Of a DNA stretch of 64,000 bases, positions 47,044-55,299 are shown piece by piece. A program made the translations under genes and the position numbers. The DNA is from an uncultured Verrucomicrobiota bacterium (GTDB lineage: Bacteria; Verrucomicrobiota; Verrucomicrobiia; Limisphaerales; UBA9464). Positions within the stretch are counted from its first letter, which is position 1. Every line of letters starts with the position of its first letter. The notes under the pieces are model-generated. The model saw only the letters and a program-made list of their open reading frames with translations. It searched no databases and was not told the DNA's origin. Location of the stretch: contig CAYYSX010000001.1 in the NCBI GenBank assembly GCA_964474315.1, positions 578-64,577 of the forward strand, read 5' to 3'.

Positions 47044-47766
47044 TCAAACCCCCCGCTGGTCAGGCGGCCAGATGAACTTATGCATCTGGAGCTGAAACCG
47101 GACTGGGAGGCGGTCGGCAATGATGGCTTCCACGAGTTCCAGCCGGGTGAGCGGTGTTTGGCCCGGCGGAACCGGCTTCAACGAGGAGTTCTGCTGATGT
47201 GGAGCCAGTGGAGAAACCCACGAGAAGAGCAGGGGACAGACCCCGGCCAGGCCATGACGCGCCATGGTCTCCCGCGCCCACGCATAATCTTCCCGGGTCC
47301 CGATCACGAACTTCACTTCATCGGTCGGGCGTAACAACGGAATATTCTCCCAGCGATTCCGCGCGACTTCACCGCTGCTAGGCGTTTTGAGATCCATGAT
47401 GCGTCGGATCCGTGAATCCAGACGTCCGATGTCATGAGCGCCGCTGGTTTCCACCAGCACGGTCAAGCCATCGTCGCAGATCTCACGCATCAGGTCGGCG
47501 GCCCCTGGCTGAAGAAGGGGTTCACCACCCGTGAATTCGACCAGCGGCAGGTTTTGGCCGGCGACCTCGACGTCGGCATACGGTTCGGCCAGGCGCCGAA
47601 CTTCGGACTGGATGTCGTCGAAGGAGCGTCGTTTCCCTTCGGTAAAGGCGTAGGCGGTGTCGCAATACGAGCAGCGGAGGTTGCAGCCGGTCAGGCGCAC
47701 GAAGACGCAGGGTAACCCGGCCAACGTGCTTTCGCCCTGCACGCTCAGATATACTTCATTGACCAT
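47044..47766 (-). CDS. queE: 7-carboxy-7-deazaguanine synthase (radical SAM)
   Basis: NEVYLSVQGES is followed by FVRLTGCNLRCSYCDT (the CxxxCxxC-type cluster motif of QueE). The start is at MVNEVY (47766). An alternative ATG lies at 47820. The longer ORF extension runs through the repeat and is rejected. Confidence 0.85.
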   Translation of the reverse strand: MVNEVYLSVQGESTLAGLPCVFVRLTGCNLRCSYCDTAYAFTEGKRRSFDDIQSEVRRLAEPYADVEVAGQNLPLVEFTGGEPLLQPGAADLMREICDDGLTVLVETSGAHDIGRLDSRIRRIMDLKTPSSGEVARNRWENIPLLRPTDEVKFVIGTREDYAWARETMARHGLAGVCPLLFSWVSPLAPHQQNSSLKPVPPGQTPLTRLELVEAIIADRLPVRFQLQMHKFIWPPDQRGV

Positions 47767-47866
47767 CAGGCTGCCGGTCACGACGGGAAGGTAGGGAATG
47801 AGGACGGTTGGGAACAGCATTGGCGAGGCGGAATGAAATCCCTGACCACGAGCCAGCTTCCACAGG

Positions 47867-48369
47867 GTGCATCTTGATTTTATCCTTAACCGGCGGGCCG
47901 AGCCCAAGCTCCAAAGGCTCAAACCCAAATCCCAAAGAAGCTCCAATCCAAACCCCACTTGAATCGGTCCGAGGGCGCATCTCAGTTTTTGGGAAGTGGT
48001 GAGGGACGGTCTGGAGGAACTGTGTAGCGTCGGCTGTCCTCAGCCGACCGGACGGGTAGAGTCCCTAGGGCCACTGGAACGAACGGGCGTGGAGATGAGG
48101 ACGCTCGATGCTCTCGACGGTCAGGGGGCGGCTGAGGACAGCCGACGCTACAGGCCTTCCGCTGCGGTCCTCTGTCGTCCGTCCTCGGTCCTCGGTCCTC
48201 CCTCCCCTTTCCCCGACTGTCAAAAACTGAGATGCGCCCTCGGCCCGACAGATGCCCTGTGCCCAGCGGTCGGTCCCCTGGCACTTCTTTGGAGCTTGGA
48301 ACTTGGCTTTTGGAGCTTTCGCCCCCCACTCCCCATCGCGGTCCCGGGAAAGACAGACTCAAGATGCGC
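47867..48369. repeat. ~500-bp composite head-to-head palindrome containing heptamer-repeat copies 4 (47905-47953, +) and 5 (48284-48322, -)
   Basis: There are three nested inverted pairs. The outer pair is unit 47867-47953 against 48284-48369. A perfect 23-bp pair is 47969-47991 / 48221-48243 (CCGAGGGCGCATCTCAGTTTTTG). A perfect 24-bp pair is 48023-48046 / 48129-48152 (TGTAGCGTCGGCTGTCCTCAGCCG). A 4 x 7-mer tract (GTCCTCG) lies at 48174-48201. Confidence 0.9.
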
Positions 48370-48437
48370 CCGCGTCCGCACTTTGAATCCGTCACTTCTT
48401 GCGAAGTCGAAGGTCGCAGCGGAACATTTCCCCCACC

Positions 48438-49742
48438 ATGAAGCTGAATTCCTTGCTGGTTACTCTGGCGTGTCTTTCCTCCGGACTTTTCGCCGCCACC
48501 GCGGCCAACTGGCCGCAGTGGCGTGGCCCGGACTTCAATGGCGCTTTCTCCACGGCGAAGCCGATGCCGGAGACCTTCACCAAGGCGGACGCCCGCTGGG
48601 TCACTCCGTTGCCGGGATATGCGGGTTCGACGCCGGTGGTCTGGGGCGACCGGATTTTTCTGACGACGCCGGATGAAGCCAAAAACCTCAACCTTCTCGC
48701 TCTGGACGCCACCTCCGGCAAGGTGTTGTGGACGCGTACCGTGGCGGTGGGTGACAAGGAGAAAGGGCGAAACAACATGGCCGCACCTTCACCCGTCACG
48801 GACGGCCAACGGGTCATCGCCTTGTTCGGCACCGGCGACTTGGCGGCTTTTGATTTCGAAGGCAACGAACTGTGGAAGCGGCCCCTATACAAGGATTATG
48901 GCCGGTTCGCCATCATGTGGATTTACGGCTCCAGCCCGTTGCTGTTGGACGACCAACTCATCCTCCAGGTGTTGCAGCGAGATGAAATGCCGTCCGACTA
49001 TCCGTTGGCGGATGGCAAGCCCCAACGCGAGTCCTTCCTGCTGTCGCTCGATCCAGCGACGGGAAAAACCCGGTGGCAGGTGAAGCGGGTGACCGACTCC
49101 ACCAAAGAGAGCCACGAAAGCTACGCCACGCCGATCCCGCACCAAGGTCCCCACGGAAAGGAAATCCTCATCGTGGGCGGGGATCATGTCAGCGGACACC
49201 ATCCCAAGGATGGAACGGAACTCTGGCGTGCCCGGCTGTATGAGAAGCGCGACGACTGGTATCGGATCGTGACCTCGCCCGTTTCGGGATCCGGCCTGGT
49301 TTATGCCGCCGGTCCCAAGGGGCAGCCGGTGGTGGCGTTCAAAGATGGCGGGAAGGGAGATGTCACCGGGACCCACCGGGCCTGGGAGTTCACCGAGGCT
49401 CCGACGGATTGGGCGACGCCGCTGCTCTATGACGGCAAGATGTTCGTCCTCGATGGCGGCAAGCGGATCTTGAGTCGTATCGATCCCCAGACGGGAGAAA
49501 AGGTATGGTCGGGCAAACTGGATGTGCAGGACAGCATCTGGAGTTCGCCGCTGGGGGCCGACGGAAAAATCTATCTGCTGAGCGAAGATGGAGTGCTGTT
49601 GGTATTATCCGCCGGAGACGAATTCAAGGTACTCAACCGCGTGGCCCTGGAGGAGTCGCCGACCCGATCCTCCGTGGTGCCCGTGGACGGTGGGATCCTC
49701 GTGCGCAGTGCCCATCATCTATACCGATTCGATGCCCGGTGA
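48438..49742 (+). CDS. secreted PQQ-like/BamB-like beta-propeller repeat protein (paralog of 24511-25848)
   Basis: The signal peptide is MKLNSLLVTLACLSSGLFAATA. It is followed by ANWPQWRGPDFNG. Blade motifs are GKVLWT, GNELWK, GKTRWQ, GTELWR and GEKVWS. Confidence 0.8.
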   Translation: MKLNSLLVTLACLSSGLFAATAANWPQWRGPDFNGAFSTAKPMPETFTKADARWVTPLPGYAGSTPVVWGDRIFLTTPDEAKNLNLLALDATSGKVLWTRTVAVGDKEKGRNNMAAPSPVTDGQRVIALFGTGDLAAFDFEGNELWKRPLYKDYGRFAIMWIYGSSPLLLDDQLILQVLQRDEMPSDYPLADGKPQRESFLLSLDPATGKTRWQVKRVTDSTKESHESYATPIPHQGPHGKEILIVGGDHVSGHHPKDGTELWRARLYEKRDDWYRIVTSPVSGSGLVYAAGPKGQPVVAFKDGGKGDVTGTHRAWEFTEAPTDWATPLLYDGKMFVLDGGKRILSRIDPQTGEKVWSGKLDVQDSIWSSPLGADGKIYLLSEDGVLLVLSAGDEFKVLNRVALEESPTRSSVVPVDGGILVRSAHHLYRFDAR

Positions 49743-49800
49743 GAGCTAAAGCCTCACGACTTCCCACCCCTCCAATGCTGCCGCTCCACCTGCTAACCTG

Positions 49801-50790
49801 ATGCTCTTTGGCCGTCTTGGCTGGCTCTGGATCATCCTGCTGTGCGGGTTGATTGCCGGCTCCGGTCAGGCTCAGTCCTCGCGGGGCGACTTGGTGCTGA
49901 TCAATGGCCGGCTCTATGCCGATCTCTCTTTGTGGGGAGCACGGCAGGGGTTTCGGAGTCATTGGAATTCCACCAGCGGTGAACTTCAGTTGACCAACCG
50001 CTCGATGAAGTTGGTGTTCAAAACTGATACGGCACGGGTGGAGTATAGCGGCGTTCGGCTCTGGCTCGAATACCCGGTGGCGTTGGAGCGTGGTCGCCCC
50101 TACATCGCCCAGCGGGACATCGACTTGACCCTCAACCCGCTGTTGAAGCCCGCCAAGATGCCCGAAGGTCGCCGGATTCGCCGGATTGCTCTCAGCGCGG
50201 GCCACGGAGGAAAGGACCCGGGCAACACCGAAGGGGTCCATCAGGAAAAGCAGTACACGCTCAAGCTGGCTCGTGAATTGGCGAGCCGGCTCAAGGCGGC
50301 TGGTTTCGAGGTCATTCAAGTCCGCAACACCGATGAGTTCATCGCCCTCGACGAACGCCCCAAAGTGGCCAACCGGACCCAAGCCGATCTTTATCTCGCG
50401 CTCCACTTCAATGGCGCAGGGCGGCGAGGCAGCCCCACGGCCAAGGGAGCGGAGACGTTCGCCCTCACGTTGCCGAACGGCCGTTCCACGCACGGGGGAA
50501 ACTCGCCGGGCAATCAACTGGGAAATCGCTTCGACCGCGAGAATCTCCTCCTCGCCTACCAGGTCCATCGCTCCATGGTGAAATCCCTGAATATCGCCGA
50601 TCGGGGAATCAAACGGGCCAATTTCGTCGAACTCCGCGGGGTTCGTATGCCTGCCATCCTCATCGAAGGCGGGTTCATGGATCATCCGGAGGATTTGCGC
50701 CGTATTCGCAGTGATCGGGAGCGGGGCCGGCTGGCGGATGCCATTGTCAAGGGGATCCAGGCCTACCAACGCCTGGTCGAACGGAACTAA
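49801..50790 (+). CDS. N-acetylmuramoyl-L-alanine amidase (Amidase_3) with an N-terminal targeting domain
   Basis: Motifs are IALSAGHGGKDPGN, EKQYTLKLARELASRLKAAGFEV, DLYLALHFNG, GAETFAL and PAILIEGGFMDHPED. Confidence 0.85.
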   Translation: MLFGRLGWLWIILLCGLIAGSGQAQSSRGDLVLINGRLYADLSLWGARQGFRSHWNSTSGELQLTNRSMKLVFKTDTARVEYSGVRLWLEYPVALERGRPYIAQRDIDLTLNPLLKPAKMPEGRRIRRIALSAGHGGKDPGNTEGVHQEKQYTLKLARELASRLKAAGFEVIQVRNTDEFIALDERPKVANRTQADLYLALHFNGAGRRGSPTAKGAETFALTLPNGRSTHGGNSPGNQLGNRFDRENLLLAYQVHRSMVKSLNIADRGIKRANFVELRGVRMPAILIEGGFMDHPEDLRRIRSDRERGRLADAIVKGIQAYQRLVERN

Positions 50791-50845
50791 GCCGTCACCG
50801 GCCGTTGAATCGGGAAGCACGCCCGCCTCGGGTGCTGCCGTCGGC

Positions 50846-50872
50846 GCGCGGGTCTGTGACCCGCAGCCACGT
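50846..50872. repeat. short hairpin repeat GCGCGGGTCTGTGACCCGCAGC.ACGT, copy 1
   Basis: It is identical to 63318-63344 except at one position. It contains the GCGGGT / ACCCGC 6-bp stem. Confidence 0.8.
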
Positions 50873-51098
50873 CCCGCCTGCTCCGGCTCCAGTTCCTTCT
50901 CTCTGCCCTCCCTGCCACCGGATACTGGGAGTCACCGACTCCCGTCTTGGGTTTGTGTGTTGGGCAATGCACCTCATTCCTTGCTGGAACGAAAGTGGCA
51001 TTGGCGGAATATGGATCGGGTGCTGAAATGCCATTTCTTAAGACGCGATTTACGTGTCTTACAACGAACTTGCCATCTGGAATCCTATCTGAAGTATC

Positions 51099-52739
51099 AT
51101 GAATATGAAACCGCTGTTGTTACTCAACCTGTTCGCCGCACTGGCCTTGGGGGCCGCCAGTCCGGATCGCCTTCCCGGGCCGGTCTTTGAGGAATTGGGA
51201 ACGCTGCGCTTTCCGGTCACCACGCGGTCACCTGCCGCGCAGCGTTATTTCAACCAGGGCTTCGCGCTGCTCTACGGTTTCAACCACCAGGAGGCGATCC
51301 GCTCGTTCCGTTCCGCGGCCCACCTCGATCCGGACTGTGCCATGGCCTATTGGGGAATCGCCTATGCCTCCGGCCCGCATGTGAACCGGCCGATGTCGCC
51401 GGAGGACACCACCCGGGCGTGGCAGGCCCTGCAGCAAGCACGACTCGCCCAGGCCGGAGCCGCTCCGCGCGAACAGGCCTATATCCGTGCCTTGTCGGCC
51501 CGGTATCAGGAGCAACACGCCGAGGATCGCTCCGCCTTGGACCGCGCCTTTGCCGAGGCCATGCGCGCCGTGGTGACGGAGTATCCCGACGACGTGGAGG
51601 CGCGGGTCATCCTGGCCGAATCCATGATGAACCTCATGCCTTGGGATTACTGGCAGCCGGACGGAACACCGAAACCGGAAACGGCCGAAGTCTTTGCCAC
51701 CCTGCGCTGGGTGTTGCAGCGCGAGCCGGACAACCCGGGCGCCAACCATTTCTATATTCATGCGGTCGAGGCTGGCCCGAATCCGGAATGGGGAATCCCT
51801 TCCGCCGACCGCCTGCTGGGCTTCGCGCCGGCCGCGGGACATCTGGTTCATATGCCATCCCATATTTACATCCGAGTCGGCCAGTATGACGACGCCATCA
51901 TCGCCAACCAACGAGCCGTCAAGTCCGACGAATCGTACATCCGCCGGGTCCGGGCTCAGGGATTTTATCCGGGTGTCTATTACCCGCATAACATTCACTT
52001 CCTGTGGTTTGCCCAACTGATGGACGGCCGAAGCCGGGACGCGCTTCGCACGGCGGACAAGGCGGCGCAGTACGCGGTGGACAATTCCTGCGGGCCGAGC
52101 AAGGCGATGGAAGCGCCCCGGCTGCGTCACCTGCCCGGGCTGACGGCGGTGCGGTTTGGGAAATGGGATGAGGTTTTGAAGATCCGGCGTCCTGCCGACA
52201 CCAACGACTTTCTGGTGGATCGGGTGATGTGGCATTTCTGCCGCGGCCTGGCATCGGTGGGAAAGGGCGACGTGGAAGCGGCGGCGGCCGAACAGGCGGC
52301 GTTGGAACGGATCCTTCAAGATCAAGGAGCCAGCCCGTTGGATAGTCCACTGTTTCCCGCCTCCGACACCCTCAAGGTAGCCAGGCTTTGGTTGGCTGGC
52401 AGTGTTGCCGGTGCCCGGGGCAACTGGCCGGAAGCGGTGGCTCAATTGGAACAGGCGGTGGCGGCCGAGGATGCCCTGCCGTACATGGAGCCGGCGTATT
52501 GGCCCATCGCGGTGCGTCCGGCTCTGGGCGTCGCGTGGCTGAAGAGCGGTCAACCCCTTCAGGCCGAAACCGTGTTCCGGGCTGATCTCGAGCGGCTGCC
52601 GCGTAATGGCTGGGGACTGCTCGGCTTGGAAGAAAGTCTTCGCCGCCAGAACCGCACCGATGCCGCGGCTCTGGTGCGGACTCAGTTCGATGAGGCGTGG
52701 GCGCGATCCGATGTGAAGTTGGATTTGGCCTGGTTCTGA
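51099..52739 (+). CDS. secreted TPR-like repeat protein
   Basis: The signal peptide is MNMKPLLLLNLFAALALGAA. Helical-repeat segments include AQRYFNQGFALLYGFNHQEAIRSFRSAAHLDPDCAMAYWGIAYA. Confidence 0.65.
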   Translation: MNMKPLLLLNLFAALALGAASPDRLPGPVFEELGTLRFPVTTRSPAAQRYFNQGFALLYGFNHQEAIRSFRSAAHLDPDCAMAYWGIAYASGPHVNRPMSPEDTTRAWQALQQARLAQAGAAPREQAYIRALSARYQEQHAEDRSALDRAFAEAMRAVVTEYPDDVEARVILAESMMNLMPWDYWQPDGTPKPETAEVFATLRWVLQREPDNPGANHFYIHAVEAGPNPEWGIPSADRLLGFAPAAGHLVHMPSHIYIRVGQYDDAIIANQRAVKSDESYIRRVRAQGFYPGVYYPHNIHFLWFAQLMDGRSRDALRTADKAAQYAVDNSCGPSKAMEAPRLRHLPGLTAVRFGKWDEVLKIRRPADTNDFLVDRVMWHFCRGLASVGKGDVEAAAAEQAALERILQDQGASPLDSPLFPASDTLKVARLWLAGSVAGARGNWPEAVAQLEQAVAAEDALPYMEPAYWPIAVRPALGVAWLKSGQPLQAETVFRADLERLPRNGWGLLGLEESLRRQNRTDAAALVRTQFDEAWARSDVKLDLAWF

Positions 52740-53014
52740 GCGGCTTTTCGGGTGATGACGTCGATCCAATGGGCGGGCCTCTGGTCAGGCATCCATCGAC
52801 GCTGACTTACTAAGGAGACTGCCGGATTGGACGCCCCACGAACGGTAGGGAGCCCCACCTGGAGGCGGTGGAGACGACTCAGCCGGGGCCGGTATCAATC
52901 GTTGCGTCAGTGCGTGCGTGTAGCGTGCGGTGTCCCCACCGCACCACTCGCGTGCCAGTCCCTGAAGCCGTATGAACATACTTTCGCAACGATTGATAGA
53001 AGCGGGCCGGACCT

Positions 53015-55066
53015 TCAGTTGAGCCGGAACGGCGCCGACGCAAAGGCGCCCGCGGGCTGGATGCTGTCGGCCGCAAAGGCGGGGGCCCGCACCCGCAACC
53101 GCCGGCCATCCCAGTCCCAGGACACGGTTCCGACGCGGGTGCGTATTCCGAGGACAGACATCGACGAAGACAGCCAGGCCGTGGGCACCCCGGCACCCAC
53201 CACCAACCGCGGTTGCGGGCCTGATTCGTCGAGATAGGCGAGCATCGAGAGCTGTAGCAGGAGAATCTCGGCGGCGGTCCCATAATGGGGTGAAACATAC
53301 GGCGGATTGACCCAGCCCCGGACCGTTTCCCATCGGTCGAAACTGTTTTCTTCGCTATTGCCTTCCCACCAGGAATAGAGCCCGGGGGAACTTTGGTTGT
53401 CCCAGAACCAATGGAGGTCGCGCCAAGCGCGATCCGAGTGGCCCAATAGCAGCCACTGATGCGCGACCGCCGCATTGAAAGAAGTTCGCAACGGCCGCTC
53501 GCGGAGCAGGTCTTCCGACGTGTGAGTCTGTTCACGCACGGCCTGCAGGAGGCTCCGGTAGGCCTCCCGGTCGCGGACGATCCAGGAGGGATGCAGGCCG
53601 CAGGTCCAATTGCGCTCGTTGCGGAATTCCGCCCGGTCGAGCGCGGCGTTCCACGCGTCCCGCAGGCGGCTCGCGACGGCGGCCGTCCGGCGGGCCCGAC
53701 TCGCATCTTTCGTGCGGACGAGATAATTGATCGCCTGGCGCAACCCGGCATAGGTGGCCGCGTTCACATAGAGCACCGGCCGGTGCCACTCCAATCTTCC
53801 CCAAATCAATCCGTCCGTTGCTGCCTCGCACACCAGATCGGCTTCGGAGAGTTCGATCTTGCGTGGGACCAACGGGCCGGTCCAAGGCTTCCGAAGGGGA
53901 CCCGTCGCGTTCAGCATGTCGTCGATCAACGCGAGCTTTCGTTCAACGTGGGGTCTCAGCATCTGGTCGAACGCGGTGTCGTTCAGGATTTCCGCCACCT
54001 CGGTGATGGCCCAGAGGGACAGCCCCGGGCCGTCGGCTTCGGCCCCGAACCCACCGAAAAAATCATGGTGCGCGAAGGGCTCACACAACTGGCGCGCGAC
54101 CTCAAGTTGGCCCGCCCGAGCCAGGGCTACGATGATCATGGCACCCTCACGAAGCCAGTTGAGGGGATAGTTGTTGGGATCTCCCGGCCGGGTTTCCTGG
54201 CCAACCAATCCCATGAGGAGTTGGGCGACTTGGGCGTTCAGGCAGGTGGCGAAGCGGGATTCGGGAAGGTTGAGGGTGATGGGGGAGCGGGTGGTGGACC
54301 AAGTCAGCGGATTCGGCGCCGGAGGCTGGTTATCCTCGAACGTCAGCGTCGCCTCCCGGTTGAACACCAGGACGACCCGGCCCCAACCATCCCGACGATC
54401 GGCTTCGGCCTGGGGACTGTGGCTGACCACGATCCGTGGGCTCGACCGGGACGGAGCCGTCGAGGTTTCCCGAGTCGTGAGGTTGGTCGGATTGAGGTAA
54501 CCCAGTTGGATCTCGAGGGGTGCCCGTGCCGGGGTGATCGTCCATCGGTTGTTCAGGTGGATGGAACGCCCATCCCAAGCGGCATTCGTCAGTGGACCGC
54601 CCGCCGGACCGACCGAGCGGATCGCCACGACCATCCGGGGGTGGCGAGTACTGGTGGCCTCCAGCCGCCACCGCTTGCCATCCACGAGAGACCAGGTTGC
54701 CACGTAGTCCGTCGTCTCGGTCCTCACCCCGGGAATGTCCCGGGCCCGGGGCCAAACCCAAGCCTGCTGAAGTTCTCTCAGGGGGACGAAGTCGCTGGCG
54801 ACCTCGATTTCCTGCTCGGCATTCTCCACCACCAACTGGACACCGAAGCTGCCGAACGACGGACTGAAGCTGCCGCCCGGTTCCAGGTAGGCTTTCTCGT
54901 CTTCAGTGGAACCAGGAAGGCCCAACACCACATGACCGGATCCCCGAGGCCATAGACCACTGGGCCGCGCATTCATGGCGTCGAGCATCGTCTGACGCTC
55001 ACTGGCCGTGGCTGAGAGGAAGAGGCAGGCGCCCAAGACGGGGACCGCCAGAACCCGTTTCAACAT
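53015..55066 (-). CDS. hypothetical secreted protein, possibly (alpha/alpha)6-barrel glycosidase-like
   Basis: The 683-aa protein has a signal peptide, MLKRVLAVPVLGACLFLSATA. The C-terminal half is helix-rich (NYPLNWLREGAMIIVALARAGQLEVARQL ... GLYSWWEG). I recognise no firm family. Confidence 0.5.
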   Translation of the reverse strand: MLKRVLAVPVLGACLFLSATASERQTMLDAMNARPSGLWPRGSGHVVLGLPGSTEDEKAYLEPGGSFSPSFGSFGVQLVVENAEQEIEVASDFVPLRELQQAWVWPRARDIPGVRTETTDYVATWSLVDGKRWRLEATSTRHPRMVVAIRSVGPAGGPLTNAAWDGRSIHLNNRWTITPARAPLEIQLGYLNPTNLTTRETSTAPSRSSPRIVVSHSPQAEADRRDGWGRVVLVFNREATLTFEDNQPPAPNPLTWSTTRSPITLNLPESRFATCLNAQVAQLLMGLVGQETRPGDPNNYPLNWLREGAMIIVALARAGQLEVARQLCEPFAHHDFFGGFGAEADGPGLSLWAITEVAEILNDTAFDQMLRPHVERKLALIDDMLNATGPLRKPWTGPLVPRKIELSEADLVCEAATDGLIWGRLEWHRPVLYVNAATYAGLRQAINYLVRTKDASRARRTAAVASRLRDAWNAALDRAEFRNERNWTCGLHPSWIVRDREAYRSLLQAVREQTHTSEDLLRERPLRTSFNAAVAHQWLLLGHSDRAWRDLHWFWDNQSSPGLYSWWEGNSEENSFDRWETVRGWVNPPYVSPHYGTAAEILLLQLSMLAYLDESGPQPRLVVGAGVPTAWLSSSMSVLGIRTRVGTVSWDWDGRRLRVRAPAFAADSIQPAGAFASAPFRLN

Positions 55067-55191
55067 GCATCCATTAGACGGCTGAACCGTGGAACCGTCC
55101 AGTCAGCGCAAGAGCACGGAGGCCCGGCCCCGGGAAAATATCAGGGGTTGACCGGCTTCCGGTCGAAGGATTGTGAGGCGGGGGACAGGGG

Positions 55192-55238
55192 GCGAAAGCT
55201 CCAAAAGCCAAGTTCCAAGCTCCCAAGAAGCTCCAAGG
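55192..55238 (+). repeat. GYTCCAA-heptamer intergenic repeat, copy 6
   Basis: The sequence is GCGAAAGCTCCAAAAGCCAAGTTCCAAGCTCCCAAGAAGCTCCAAGG. It is nearly identical to the reverse complement of 48284-48322. Confidence 0.9.
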
Positions 55239-55299
55239 CGCCCAGCCAATCGCTCCTCTCGCCTTTCACCTCCCCGGCTAACTGGACTACGCTCCCGCC

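Noticed and set aside
47767-47960. I looked for a preQ1 riboswitch upstream of queE, and also upstream of the luxE-luxC-queD operon.
   Set aside because: I could not find the conserved preQ1-I/II features, such as the small hairpin followed by an A-rich tail with the CTA/ACTA context. The leaders are occupied by the repeat units instead. A covariance-model scan would be decisive.
51040-51070. An imperfect palindrome (TAAGACGCG-ATTTA-CGTGTCTTA) lies upstream of the TPR gene and could be an operator.
   Set aside because: It is a single occurrence with one mismatch, no adjacent regulator gene and no recognisable promoter boxes. It is too weak to annotate.
52925-52944. An 8-bp GC hairpin (GTGCGGTG-TCCC-CACCGCAC) lies between the converging TPR gene and the 53015-55066 gene.
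   Set aside because: No U-run follows on either strand, so I do not call it an intrinsic terminator. It may still be a Rho-dependent or stabilising structure.
448-55000. There are many long ORFs antisense to or overlapping the called genes. Examples are 448-1257(-), 1301-2299(-), 4366-5490(+), 10644-11576(+), 12584-13627(+), 26260-27048(-), 27457-28491(-), 40840-41943(-), 42367-43299(-), 43700-44830(+), 49633-50820(-), 51228-52769(-), 53459-54955(+) and 55561-56451(-).
   Set aside because: These are typical high-GC shadow ORFs. Their translations are Arg/Gly/Pro/Ala-rich with no recognisable motifs. In every case the opposite-strand or other-frame ORF carries clear family signatures.
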